A stretch of 64,000 nt of DNA from Eledone cirrhosa (Eukaryota), in NCBI GenBank assembly GCA_964016885.1, contig OZ024740.1:182776001-182840000 (forward strand), written 5' to 3'. The notes beneath the pieces were generated by a model. The model saw nothing but the letters and a program-made list of their open reading frames with translations, was not told the DNA's origin and searched no databases. This document shows positions 36,448 to 49,074 of this stretch, in pieces. Position numbers and translations under genes: made by a program. How positions within the stretch are numbered: the first letter of the stretch is position 1; each line of letters starts with the position of its first letter.

Positions 36448-39400
36448 TTTCTTTATTGGCCACAAGGGCTGACATCAAGAAAAACATCACAGACGGAACA
36501 GGACGGTACGATGTGGGTTTTGTGCGTGTAAATATATTTATTATTTATATAAGAAAAGACAAAAGACATAAAACATATATATATATAAACAATAAAATGA
36601 AAATTGAAACAATGAAAAATTCCCCAATAGGGGTGAAACCTCCGAGGGTTACTCGTGGCGAAAACCACACAAAAGACCACGGCCACTCTGACTACCAGGG
36701 CAAGCGCCCTCTCTCAATGTTTCCATCTCTCAAACTACAGACGTATATTCAGAGTGGTCCCGTTCACACGGACCATTCTCGCTACATTCACCCACCTTTC
36801 AACAATCTTGCTAGAAGGCAGCACTTGCCTCTCCACCCTGATTTTCCTCTTCAAGTGAAACTTGAAAAAGTTAATCAGGGATTCGCCGAAGAGGAAAGTG
36901 TTTGTCTTTAATCCTTTTAACCTTGTCCACCACACAATCTCTTTCGCCATGGCCACCAGGCAGATGAATACCGCCTGCCCTTCCTCCTCGAAGTAAGATG
37001 GCGAGACTATCTGCACAATGGACTCAGTCGACAACCGGATCAGTCCTACACGCGACAGCAACTGTTCGACATTGCTTCACAAGTCAGCAATGCTCGGGCA
37101 CTGAATGAGTGCGTGCACGACGGTCTCGTCGCTCTGCGCGCATCTCGGACAGGCTCGGCTGACGGCACTTCCGTGCCTGTAGAGCTTAGCTCGAACCGGC
37201 AGCGCTCCCTGGTAGCACTGCCAGGCCAGGGATTTTTGGAAGTTATCCATAGGCCCCGGGCTGAAAGTTCTCCGGAAGAGAGCAAACAGCTGATCTTCTT
37301 TGACGCCCAGGATCTCTCCTAGAATGTCATCGCTCTTCCCCTCCACTAGTCCTCTATAGAACGCTTAGGTGGATGTTCCACCGATACTGGTGCCCAGCTG
37401 GCAGAGCGTCTGGAGACATTCCAGTTTCCAAGCGTTATCCCTCGGTCTTTTCCTGACCCAGGACTGCAGCTCCGTCAAGGAGACGAGCTGTGGGAAAACG
37501 TGCCTGGCGAACGGCGACCACACCCGTTCACCATCAAGGAAGCACCAGAGATGTCGCAGCCTCAACGCATGTTTGCGCATCATCAGCCATGGAATGCCCA
37601 GTCCTCCACGCAACAGGTGTTGACAGCAGATGGATCTTCTGACTATGGGAGCGTGTCCCTTCCACAAAAAGCGGAAGAGGAGGCGCTCCATTTTGGTGAA
37701 AGTTGGGCTGGAGCAAGGGACGACGGTGTGAGGCGGTAGCAGATGATGGATGCGATGTACGCATTCGTCACCTCGGCCTGGCCTTTCAGGGACAGCTTCC
37801 TCTCGGCCCATTTCTGGATGAGGGAAGCCACCCTCCTCGTCACCTCGTTCCAGCTTTTGTCAATCTGGAGGTCCGGTCCGAACCAGACCCCGAGCAATTT
37901 AACTGGTCCGTCCGTCCAACGCCCCACGACGCTGTCGGACGGCATGGACTTGCCTCTCCAGGTGCCGAGCTGCAAGCCCACCGACTTTTCCTGGTTTATC
38001 TTTGCTCCTGTCACCGCTTTGTATTCCTTGAGAGTGGTGCCAAGCATCTGGACGTGTCTGGTGCTGGACACCACCACGGTGACGTCGTCAGCGTAAGGCG
38101 ACTCAGATTTCCCGCATCCTAGTTCGCGTGGGTGCCCTCATCGCGCCCAGTTTGTGCAGTAACGGCTCAAGAGCCAATACGTACAAGAGGGACGAGATGG
38201 GACAACCCTGGCGGACTGAGCGCATGATGCTGAACGGCTGCGACAGGTGACCATTTACCTTCACAACTGAGTAGATGTCGCTGTACATTGCTGCGATCCA
38301 ACCCCTGAAAACGGGCCTGAAACCGGCTGCCTCGAGGACCGCTGCCAGGTACCGATGGTCGACCCTATCGAATGCTTTGGATTGATCCAAGTTGATCAGG
38401 GCCCCACCCATGCCAGGTTCCTTAACCACTCTCTCTATGATGTATCGCATGAGGTGCAGGTTGTCGTGTATGGATCTGTCCAGAATGGCGCATGTCTGCG
38501 CCTCTCCCACCATACCCTTGACGATAAGCGCCAACCTCGTTGTTAACACCTTGGACAAAATCTTGAACTCTGCCTCTAGCAGGGTTATGGGCTTGAAATT
38601 ATCGATAACATCCCCCTTGTTTGGGTCTTTTCTCAGGAGCGCCACTGCTCCCCAGCTCACAAAACTGGGAATGCTCCCGTTCTGCTGCCAGTTGCAGTAG
38701 ACGTCTGCCAAGAGGTCACCGAACAAGTCTGGCATAAATGCATAAAGCTCGTAGGGCAGACAATCCAAACCTGACGATTTACCCCTTATGCATTTAGCCA
38801 TCGCTTCCTGTATTTTACCGGCTGTATTTCGCAACACTGTGCTGCGGTTGTCGAGAGCCGAGGCAGTCCGTCGAGGTATGCACTGAAGTCCATGCCCCGA
38901 TCCGAGCCAACGTCGCTCCCGAACAGTTCAGCAAAGTGCTGCTGAAAAACTTCACACATCCGCTCGGGTTCGAGCATCACGCACCCGTTTTGGTCAGACA
39001 AAGACCAAATTGTGGTTTTGTTGCCACGTCGCGCCTCTGCCTCCCGAGCTCATTGAACGGGTTTTGTCCCCTCGTGTTTCAGAGCACGCGCTCTAGCTCT
39101 GCCAACGCAGCCTTCGTATTTTGCGTTGAAGAATTGGTCGAGTGTCAATTTCGCCGCAAACATGTCGGCTGCGATGCCTGTCCTAAACGCCTCTTCTAGC
39201 TTTCTGACTAGCTCTCCCACTACTCTATTTTCCTCTATCACTAGTCCTTTGCTAAACCTAATCGACTCTACTTTACTTGCTCTTTTCAGGACGAACCACC
39301 ACCTGTTGTTGACGACTGCTCCCGTCAACGCTCGCTTAACTAATACACTAATCCGGTCTCTGTAGGCTTTGCGCGCCGGGAAAGACGCGTTCAGCTTCCA

Positions 39401-40342
39401 GTAACCAGGCCCTTGTCTATGAAGTCTGTCTATGTAGATCTCACAGATCACAAATTTGTGGTGTGTGTAGTCGACTATTTTAAATTGTGGACAACTTATC
39501 CTAGCCTTATCTAGTTCTCTGCAGAATACCCTATCGAGATACGATCTGGATGACCCGATGCGGTTTGTCCATGTCCACATTGGCACATTCGGGTGATCCA
39601 GTCGATACCTGTCAGACAGTTCAAATCGTCTGAGCAGGTTGGTGAGGATCTTGGACCCTCCTCCCCTATCCACTATGCCCACACAATCCCAGTGTGCATC
39701 CAAGAAACCGTTCCAGTCGCCCACTAACACTAAAGAGCGGGACGTTCCAAGAAATGTCTCTAGCCGTCTGAAGAAATCTGGCCGTCCTGCCCCTGTTGGA
39801 GCGTAGACGGCTACTAGCCTGAAAGCATTGCCTTCGCTGCCGGTCATGTCCAGCACCACCGACTTACCTTCTGGATCTAGGAAGATGGCCCATATCATGA
39901 AATCCAAGCCTTTCCGAAAAAGGACGGCAATCCCTCCCCCCGATCCTGGACGGCTGGGAGATACGTATACATCGTAGCCGCCGAAGATCGGTGCAAAGGC
40001 TTGTGCTTCAGAGATTCTGGTTTCACTGATGGCCACCACATCTATGTTTAGTGACCTGAGGTTGTTGAGCAGGTGACCCTGCTTCCAAGATGACCCCAGG
40101 CCACGTGCATTTATACTGCCTATTCTGAGTACGGCCATGTTGGATGAGAAACGGGGTAAGTGAGAAAGGGTCACTTACCTTGATTGTGTGGTGAAGGGAC
40201 AGTAGGACCATCCATTTCGCTGGTCATGGGTGTTTCCAAGAGGATGTCAGTGTATATCCTCTTGGTAACCGACCCTCTGAAGTCTCCAACTGCGTTGGGG
40301 AATTTTTGTTTAAAGATTTGTACTGTTCTATTGAGATTTCGA

Positions 40343-40344
<2 letters not shown>
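36448..40344 (-). mobile_element. Tx1/L1-clade LINE (family B), 5'-truncated in ORF1, with complete but frameshifted ORF2
   Basis: APE ORF 39050-40174, RT ORF 38103-38837 (DQSKAFDRV, RQGCP), YADD near 38085-38095, C-terminal CPRC..HALIQC. Confidence 0.95.
36735..40138 (-). pseudogene. Tx1 ORF2 polyprotein (APE-RT-Zn), disrupted
   Basis: Consecutive ORF pieces covering all domains. Confidence 0.92.
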
Positions 40345-40385
<41 letters not shown>

Positions 40386-40403
40386 GAAGAAGAAGAAGAA
40401 GAA
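40345..40403. repeat. (AAT)n(AAG)n microsatellite
   Basis: Seen directly. Confidence 0.95.
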
Positions 40404-40649
40404 GGTGTGGTAGTAATAATAGGGTTATAGTAAATGAGGAAGGAAACAACAAGGGAGGAGAGGTTGAAGCAGAAGGAGATGACAGGAAGGCGTGGTAGTA
40501 ATATTATTATTATTAGTGGTGGTAATAGAAGCTGTCCGTGGGACTGACATTAATGGTAGAGTGACATAAAATTGACCTGAAGTAGTGATTGTTTCTAAAT
40601 ATATCTATCTTTCTTACTGCTTCTGTAGGGAATACTGTCATTCTTTATT

Positions 40650-40960
40650 TGTCCATTGGTGTTATTGTTGGGTGCTTGTTGCAGTTTCATCTGTGGCAGA
40701 TGCATTTAAACAGGGCTTGTATATTGTGATAAAGTATGAATCTTTGCTAATGTGTTGATTGTGCGTAGCACTGTCTTTAAATTCATAGAGGGGAAACATT
40801 TGAAGGATTTGGTTCATTCTATGATCCCTTTTTAGTAAAGGAATGTTCTGGTGGATGTTGTCGTAGGCCTCATTGTTTAGGGGGTTGTGTGTAGAGATGT
40901 ATGGTAGGGCTTTCAGTTTCGATTCATTCTTTAGTTTGGGGTGTCAAAGTTCCCGGATTC
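40650..40960 (-). mobile_element. Penelope-like element remnant (RT linker fused to GIY-YIG C-terminus)
   Basis: The reverse strand reads KALPYISTHNPLNNEAYDNIHQNIPLL..NQILQMFPLYEFKD..KDSYFITIYKPCLN. Confidence 0.7.
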
Positions 40961-41099
40961 AAATGCACATCATAAAGAGCAAAAGACAACCCAAGTCAAT
41001 GAAAATTATCCTAAGTAAATGAAATCATAGAAAAAGAGAGATTAGGAAGTTGTAAAACTAAATCTGTTAATGTATGTTAAAATATCTATCCTGAAGGTG

Positions 41100-41350
41100 A
41101 CACCCAATTCTCCAGCAAATCAAGGGTGAAGTTTTGAGACTTTCACAGATTGTTAAAGCAAGAAGGGTGCAATTTGCTGGTCACCTCTATCTTTTGGAAA
41201 CCAGAGCCAGTTGGCTGCAAATCCCATGAAGTGACTTATCTTGATACTGTATCTAGGGACTCCAGCATTGGGCTTGAAGATCTGGGTGTGTCCTTGCAAG
41301 GAAAAGATTTACTGACAGGATGTGGGAATTCAATCTTGAATACGGTCAAA
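41100..41350 (+). mobile_element. RTE/RTEX-like LINE C-terminal fragment
   Basis: SQIVKARRVQFAGH..WKPE..TYLDTVSRDS. Confidence 0.7.
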
Positions 41351-42799
41351 TGATACTGGGTATGTAAAAATGTAAGCAAGACGATTGTGTAGTATCTCCA
41401 CTATGTAAATATAGTGAATATGTACAGTTTACTTCATGTCACAGAATTAAAACATGTCAATAAATAAATATTGCAAAGTTAAAAACAAGAAATGCTCTAA
41501 GAATTAAATCTCCAAATAAAATGGCTGGATTTCTTTCTGGTAAAAAACAATAAAAAAAAAAATGAAATATTTTTTTATTATTGTTGTTTTATTATTGCAG
41601 TTTTAGTGAACTTCTACACACTAAAATTATGTTTTTGCTAAAATTTTATCATGACTATGTTTAGACTTTTGTTTCATAATACAGTAAGTAGGATTAATTG
41701 CAGGCTTTGACAAACTGAAATATAAGTTAATACAATAAACAAATTGAAATAATGTATTTTTAAGATGTTTATTCTATGTACTTTCCCATCCATCCATCTC
41801 TCTCTCTTTTACTTTGTCTATGACAATGACTTAAGCACTTCACCCTATGGATTAAGTCAATCCTTAGATGATCAGAAAATTGCTTTAAGGTTTCAGGGAA
41901 AAAGATTTTTGTTATTCTTTAATGTTGAGTGAAAAGTTGCAGACATGTTTGTTAATGTTTTACATCTGCCAAATCACTATCAAATATTCATTCTGCCAGT
42001 CTTTATTTCCATTCATTTTCTCTCTATATATATTTTTCTTACATATCTACCAAGTTCTCTAATCCATAGAAACACAGATAGATTTTGAAACATTCCAACA
42101 TGAAAACTTTGTAAAAAAGATTGCAATAATTTTCAAATCATTTCATTTTATTATATCTTTTGAACCATTTAAACTTCTTTTACTGAGACTGATGTGAGTT
42201 TGACGTTTTAGGAAAATAAAATATAGGAGAACCTGTTTAAATCTTGATTGAATGTGTAACTTTACAAGGGCTAAACTAATGAATTCCCTTGGATTTATAG
42301 CTAAATCAACAAATAATGTTGTGCCATGTTTTTACCTTAACAGAAGATATTCATTGTGAAAAGAGAGCATGCATTTCTGCAATATTTAATCTTAAAAGAT
42401 AGTTCTTGGAAAATATTCCGTTATGTTACAATCATGTTCAGCAACATCACCATCACTTTAGCATCAACCTTTCCATGCTGACATTGGTTGGACAGAACTT
42501 AAGGTCATCTTTTATGGCCAAATACACTTGTCGTCGAAACCAACCTTTTTATTCATGTCTTACAACATGAAGATACGTAGTGTACCTATTCTAAAGTCTA
42601 GGATAGATGTGGTAACTGGTACACACAGTAAAATATATATCAGAATTATATAAATTAACAAGAATGTTTGTTGCCAAGCATCCTAATATTTTTGAATTAG
42701 GTACATTCTATTATTTTATTTTATTGGCAAGATGTTGCTTTTTTTCTTTTCTTTTTCCTTTTTGCTACATAAAACTAACATTTGGGTATAAATTATTAT

Positions 42800-42925
42800 C
42801 ATTTACGGTCTGAGTTCAAATCCTGCCTCTGTTAACTTTGCCTTTCATCATTACGGGGTCAATAAAATAGAGCACCAGTAATTCACTGGGTAATTGCTAG
42901 CCTTGAACCAAAAGTAGGAATAATT
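42800..42925 (+). mobile_element. SINE-B, 5'-truncated
   Basis: gagttcaaatcc..gcctttcatcattacggggtcaataaa..ccaaaagtagga. Confidence 0.8.
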
Positions 42926-45075
42926 AAATTATTAACTTAGTCTAAGTAAAGAAGCAGTGCCCCTGAATATAAGATGTGATTTAAGGAATTTTGTCAACTC
43001 TTTTTTGCAGGAAGGTTGACAATATGAAGGCTTAATTAATATCTGATCATGTGTATTTAACATAGAAAATGTAGATTTGCTGAATATTAGGCTAACATAA
43101 GAAATGACTTTCAAAAATGTAATTCCTGAATACTTTTCTCATATCTAGCTACTTTTAAGACAGAAATATTTCATAAAATAGACGTTAGGGGAACATGTGA
43201 CCTCTGATAAATGAATAGATAAAAAACTTAGCATTAACAAAATCTATTGAAAATGTAATACTTCTCTTTATAACTAATCAGAAAGCCGAATGTATCTATT
43301 GTTATGAGTACCATCTTTAAGGCAGTTCCTTTAAAATATTTTTTCCTTCTAAAGTGATCTGCAGGAAGGAATTAAATAGATTTTCATTTCATTTAACTTT
43401 TCGTGATTCAAGATGAAATAGTTAAAGGCATCATCTTTATTTAATCAATAACGTTTTGATATGTAGCAATGATAAAAAAAAAATCCATTTTTTCTTTTAC
43501 TTTACTTTTTCCAGTTAATTGATTGATAATGTATTGTTATAAATATTTTATTATCATTGGTTAAACTATGATTAAATGCTTTGTTCGCAATAGTAGCAGG
43601 CATGAAATTCACTATGGTAAATTTTTATGGAAATGTGGCTGTTATTACTAGCATATTAAATAATTGTGTAAAGTTTCCCTCATTCATTCATGATAAAAAA
43701 CAATATTTTTACCTGGAAAGCAATGTATTTTACTTTTAACTTCTTTAAATTCTTTAAGTGGCATTCAAAGAATTTCTTTCTATTCCTTCAATTCTTGCTT
43801 TTGTACTTTATGAACAGATTAGTTCTAACAGTACTAGTTTAGATTAATTTGTTTAATATTTCTAGCTAATTGATTGATATCATTGATATCTTAAGAATAT
43901 TTTTATTGTTTGCAATACTGTGACTAAATTTCTTCACAAAGTAGTAATTCCTGAATATTTCACTCAACCAGCTAAAAATATTAGACACAGCCTGTAGTTA
44001 ATGCCATGAATTTCATTTTCATCCAAATCAAATTAAGTCCAAGATGCAGGGGAAGCTATCATCTAAGTGAGGGAGTTTACATTAAATAACTATGTTTTCC
44101 GCATCAGCTCAGATCTTCACTGATTGGACTTCACCTACCTGCTAACAAAAGTTAATTAATTTGTTGTCCTTTGTATAGATGTAAATCACTAATACAACCT
44201 CCAACCTTTCAAAGTACTTAACCAATTTTATGGCCAATTTTAAAAGCATATCATAAAATATTGCATTCATTTCATTCCATGTAGGGAACCACATATAAAA
44301 TAGATAAACTTATTTTATTCATTCATAGTGAATTGATTTTTTTTCTTTCAGATATAAACTTATAAACTTAGGTCACTCTATGTAATTTGCTGTTAATAAA
44401 GTTTTGTTTTAGTTAAAGGCAATAAATAGCTCAGAAAATAATTAATTTGACCGAAGCAGACATGCAGATCAATTTACATCCTTCACAGTGAAGTATATGT
44501 GATTGTGGGCATGATATCTATGAGTTTATGTGTGTTTTCCTTGATGTTGATCAGTTGCTAATTTATATTAGATTATTTCCTTTGATTTGTGATTTCTATG
44601 AGAAATTAAAGCCATAGACGGAAATCAAATTTACAGCTTTATGTAATTCAGACAATTTATAGCATAGCATCATAGTATGCAGCATAATTTCTTCTGAATA
44701 TAAACACTTGAGCACTGTGTTAGTGTTCCTTTTTCTACTGATAGTGTCTTTTGTTCTCTTATTCAAACCCATGTTTTGATATACAAATTGCTGGTAAATA
44801 AAATTAAAACAAAATTGTTATACTAATTAACTAAGTGTTAAACAACCAACAATGAACATTATGCCTCTATTAGCACAAATGTCAATAACAGTTCATTAAC
44901 ACTGATATTAATTATGAAGAGGTCTCTTCAGGTAACCTAAATGTCAGGCATTAAAACGTTTGAATATAGTGTAACTTCTGATGTTGTATTTCACTATTTG
45001 ATGTATTTCTTTAAATTGTGTCTGAAATGTAGTAAAACCTCTTTTGTTTTGGTTTGTTTTACTAAGAAATTAACT

Positions 45076-45303
45076 TTAACCCATTAGCATCTAGACCAGC
45101 TGCATCTGGCTAGAATTCTCTCATCTCTTTCTGTTAAAACCAGCTGTAACTACCACTCATACTGATGTTAAGGTTTTTTTCTAAAAATATATAGTATCAC
45201 AATCTCATAGATTCAATATTATGAGAGATATTATGTGAGTTAAAGCCTTTTATCAGGAAAATACAATAGTAAATATAGAATAATGTAAATGCTAAAGGGT
45301 TAA
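45076..45303. mobile_element. piggyBac-type MITE with TTAA TSD
   Basis: TTAA-cccattagcat ... atgctaaaggg-TTAA terminal inverted repeats; a second copy lies at 27407. Confidence 0.85.
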
Positions 45304-46103
45304 ATCCAATGTAATATCTGTTCTATTAGTTGTAATAAACTCTCAAGAGAGATGGACAGCAGAAGGTCTTCAGAGAAGAATCACACCTCAAGCAAGTATT
45401 CCCCCCTTAACTTCTTACACGCTTAAGGGGCTGGGTTGCAATCAGGTTATGACTTCCGTGTGCCTTTCTGCTGACATTCAGGCATTTGGATATCAGAAAC
45501 CTGTGCAGTTAAACCGAATACATATTTTATTGACAAGCTCTAGCTGGAACTGTTCTCCGTTGCCACAAACTTATATTTAAATGCTTTCCTGAATTTGGAA
45601 AAATAATTTTGGTGGCCATGGTAGTGGTAAGATATCAACAGTGTCACTGTTTCTGCTAACATTGCAACTATGACATAAAGCTATTGTTAAAGTTGTGTAA
45701 AATGTCTGTCAGATTGGTAAGATAGGAAGAGAAAAAAGAGAGGGAGGAACTAAATGAGAAATCACTTTACAAATGTCATCACACTGTGGAAAAGAGATAG
45801 AGTGGCAGTAGCAGTGGTCATAGTGGTGCCAAAATATCTTTTAAAACATACACTGTAACAACTATTTATATAATAGGGATGGTTAGAGTGTGTGAGAAAG
45901 AGAGAAAGAGAAACAAAGGGAGAAAGAGAAGGCGAGAAGGAGATGAGGGATTGAAAGAAGGATTACTTTTACAAAACATATTTGATGTCTAACCCATGCT
46001 AGCGTGGAAAATGGATGTTAAACGAAGATGATGATGATGATGATATATATATATATATATTTATATATATAGAAGTGGTTACACAGCATTTAGTTCACCA
46101 TAC

Positions 46104-46141
46104 CGAGAACAATTGTTTCACCTTAGCGGATCCTCAGCTCG
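46104..46141 (-). ncRNA. Minimal type-I hammerhead ribozyme (PLE family 1)
   Basis: CGAG-CUGAGGA-UCCGCUAAGGU-GAAAC-AAUU-GUU-CUCG: core boxes, stem I CGAG/CUCG, palindromic stem III. Confidence 0.8.
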
Positions 46142-46152
46142 TAATCCGATTA

Positions 46153-46190
46153 TGGGCTGAGGATCTGCTAAGGTGAAACAATTGTTCTCG
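46153..46190 (+). ncRNA. Minimal hammerhead ribozyme, inverted partner copy
   Basis: UGGG-CUGAGGA-..-GAAAC-AAUU-GUU-CUCG; stem I is retained through G-U pairs. Confidence 0.7.
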
Positions 46191-46303
46191 GTAAAGTGAA
46201 CTAACTGTTGTGTAACCACTTCTACCTAACTCGTCCCATAGACTGAGTGCTCTACCACCACAGATATTACCTTCCAGTGTTCTACCACTATATATATATA
46301 TAC

Positions 46304-46503
46304 GTTATTCCGGGTTGAATCGGAGGTAACCACAGTAAGTAAGGTACTCAATACATTGCAGAGTATAAAAGTTTTAATATAGATGAGATTCTACAGGACA
46401 AGAATTGTTTCATTCTTTAGAAATCATCAGGAATCCCGATTCCTGATGATTTCTAAAGAATGAAACAGTTCTAGTCCTGTAGAATCTCATCTATATTAAA
46501 ACT
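46304..46503 (-). mobile_element. Penelope-like family 2: pLTR with inverted partial copy, in (TA)n
   Basis: 66-bp inverted arms spanning 46370-46503; homologous to 61684-61816. Confidence 0.8.
46438..46486 (+). ncRNA. Type-I hammerhead ribozyme (PLE family 2); mirror copy on the - strand at 46387-46435
   Basis: GAUUC-CUGAUGA-stem II-GAAACAG-uucuaguc-CUGUA-GAAUC: stem I GAUUC/GAAUC, stem III ACAG/CUGU, GUA cleavage triplet. Confidence 0.85.
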
Positions 46504-46779
46504 ATATATATATATATATATATATCACTTATAAATAAAACATTTTAAATGCCATATTGATCTTTAATACTTGGTTGTTTCTAATTAAATCATAGAAATT
46601 CCATGGGGTCAGCTAGTTTTTATAATTATTTCTACATTCACATTAGTAATATTAAGATTTATGTAAAGAATGTGTTATATTTGGACAAGACAACAAATTT
46701 GTAGGTGTAGTGTGTAGTGCATTGAGTAGTATGGTAGAGAAATTGAGATGAAATAGATTATAAAGAATGTATTATATTA

Positions 46780-47470
46780 GGATAAGGTCAAGATTTGTAG
46801 GAGCAGTAGTATAGTAAAAAATATTGGCAGTGAAGGAATTCTGGTAATCTTTAGACGGAAAGAACATAATCCAAGGCTAGAGAAGCTGACAATTGATGTT
46901 AATTTTGAATTGTAGTGGTGAGGAAATCAAGATTGACACGGGACAATAATTGTTTAACAGAATTGCCTGAGTCAACAATACTTGGGCACTGAATGCTTGC
47001 ATGCAAAACAATTGTCCAGTCATCACTTGCCGAGATGTGCAGGGGGAAGAAACTATCAGAAGAGAATTTACAATTATATTTAGGAACTTCAAGTGTAAAT
47101 GGATGAAGCCCATTTGCTAACCTGGTGCTCGATTTGAATTACTGAAGGTAAAGCAACAAAGAGAAGAAAATTTAGAATAATTTTCATGTAAACATTTATA
47201 AAAAAGGCAAAGAAAAAGGTGGCTGAGTATGTTGACAGTGTGACAGTAATTTAAGCTGACATGTGAAGTCAAGACCAATAATATAGATGATTCTTCTTTA
47301 GATATTATCCAGACTCTCAAGGTGCACAGCGGAAGGCCCAGACTAGATGTGACAGCAGTACTCAATACAAGGATGGATGGTAGAATTATAAAGATATAAG
47401 ATATTTTTAGCATTAAACATTTTCTGGCACAATCGAGCAAGCCAACTTTCTGGCAAGCAGACTTAGCAAT
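46780..47470 (-). mobile_element. Old LINE RT remnant (CR1/L2/Jockey-like)
   Basis: NNYCPVSIL (NYRPISL-like) and QKVGLL motifs, heavily degraded. Confidence 0.4.
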
Positions 47471-49074
47471 TCACATAATATAATCATTCAAGCTGAAATC
47501 TCACTTAACCATCTTTAGAAAAATGTGTAAAGTACATTAAAAAGTATAGTCTTGTCTTACATACTTTTAACCATTTCATTACCATATTTCTAATGAAATG
47601 CACTGTCTGTGATTTTCAAATAATTTTGAAAATAAGCAAAAATTTTAAGGGATTTAGTAATATTTTCTCATTATTAAGTTGGAGTCAGGAATATAACACA
47701 AAATTATGATGGAAGGTTTTTAGAAAAATATAAACCATTTAAGAGAAGCAATTTTTTTTCATAAAATTAGGGGTAGTTTCACAGTTTAGTATCAAATGAA
47801 TTTAAAAGATATATTTCTGATGACTGGAATAACTTTAATGATAACTCTGTTCAGTGAACTCTAACCTTAGGCTAGTAACCAGCATTAACAACTCCAGCTT
47901 TACTTGTAATGTCAGTTGTTCAATGCAACAACACTTTTGGTCACTACAGAATTGTTATAAAGCTATTTGGAATTTATCATCAATTATATGACTATGCTTT
48001 CAGCAACTGGAGGATTAATATTGATATTAATAGACACAGAGATTAGTTGGCAAGCTGTTTATCACCTTGAAATCAATCATCAAGATTTGATACTGGATTG
48101 AAAGAAACAAATCTATGTGCTGCAATAGTCGACTGAAGATTCTGGCACTCGAACTTAGTCAATGCCTCACCACCACCTTATGGCATCAGATGACTCAAGA
48201 AGAAGAGGATATTTGCTTAAATTATCTGCTACACATGCACACTTATACATGCCTAGTATGTTTATTCTGACTACTCAGTACAAGGTTGGATTTAACATAT
48301 ATGAAGAATTATATACAAAATAAACTAAACTGTATATCAGTAAACTTCAAGTTTTATTGAGAACACATACATGTATCAAACGCACAATGGCTTGTCATAC
48401 AGCAGTGCCACTGTATTGAACCAATGTTTTGATTGAATGAACACTTTGGTATTAATGTTTGAATAGTATGACCACAAAAAGTGATCACACTTCATATGAC
48501 AACATTCTGTAACATATGTAGTGCCTTCTTGACATCAAATTTGAAGATGACAAAATCATACAACAATGCAGCAAGACACTACATCCTAGACACCAACAAC
48601 AATCTAACATTTGTATTTTGGCTAACATAAATTTTCGACTCCAACATCAACTCCTCTCTTGTTTCCTGTTTACTATTTTTTAGATCACAAACACATATTT
48701 GCTCATGTCACCCGCTTTTTTTAACACTAGATTAGTCATAATAAAGCAGACATATGATTAAAGGCATTTCAGTTGTCTTGTTTTCAAAATTATTGTATCT
48801 AAGACTACATTATTGAATGTTATTTTTATCTTAAAGAGAGTAAGGGATGTTTTGAAGGACATTTACTTTCTGATTCTTGTAAGCCAAAAGACAAATGTTG
48901 AGGCTCATCATTTGTTCTGCTAGTTATATGATGTGTCACTTGTTATGTGTTTTCCAATAACTATTTCCATTAAACACTACTTATAGTTGAATGTCATTTT
49001 AAAAGTGAGGATCTTATTATAATAACTATACAATACTCATTTCACGACTTATAAATATAGGAAACGTTCTGCAA

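Larger units (their letters stand above)
46070..46288 (+). mobile_element. Penelope-like family 1: pLTR with inverted partial copy, in (TA)n
   Basis: ~77-bp inverted arms spanning 46070-46224; the same sequence at 62398-62473 is linked to a GIY-YIG C-terminus. Confidence 0.85.
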
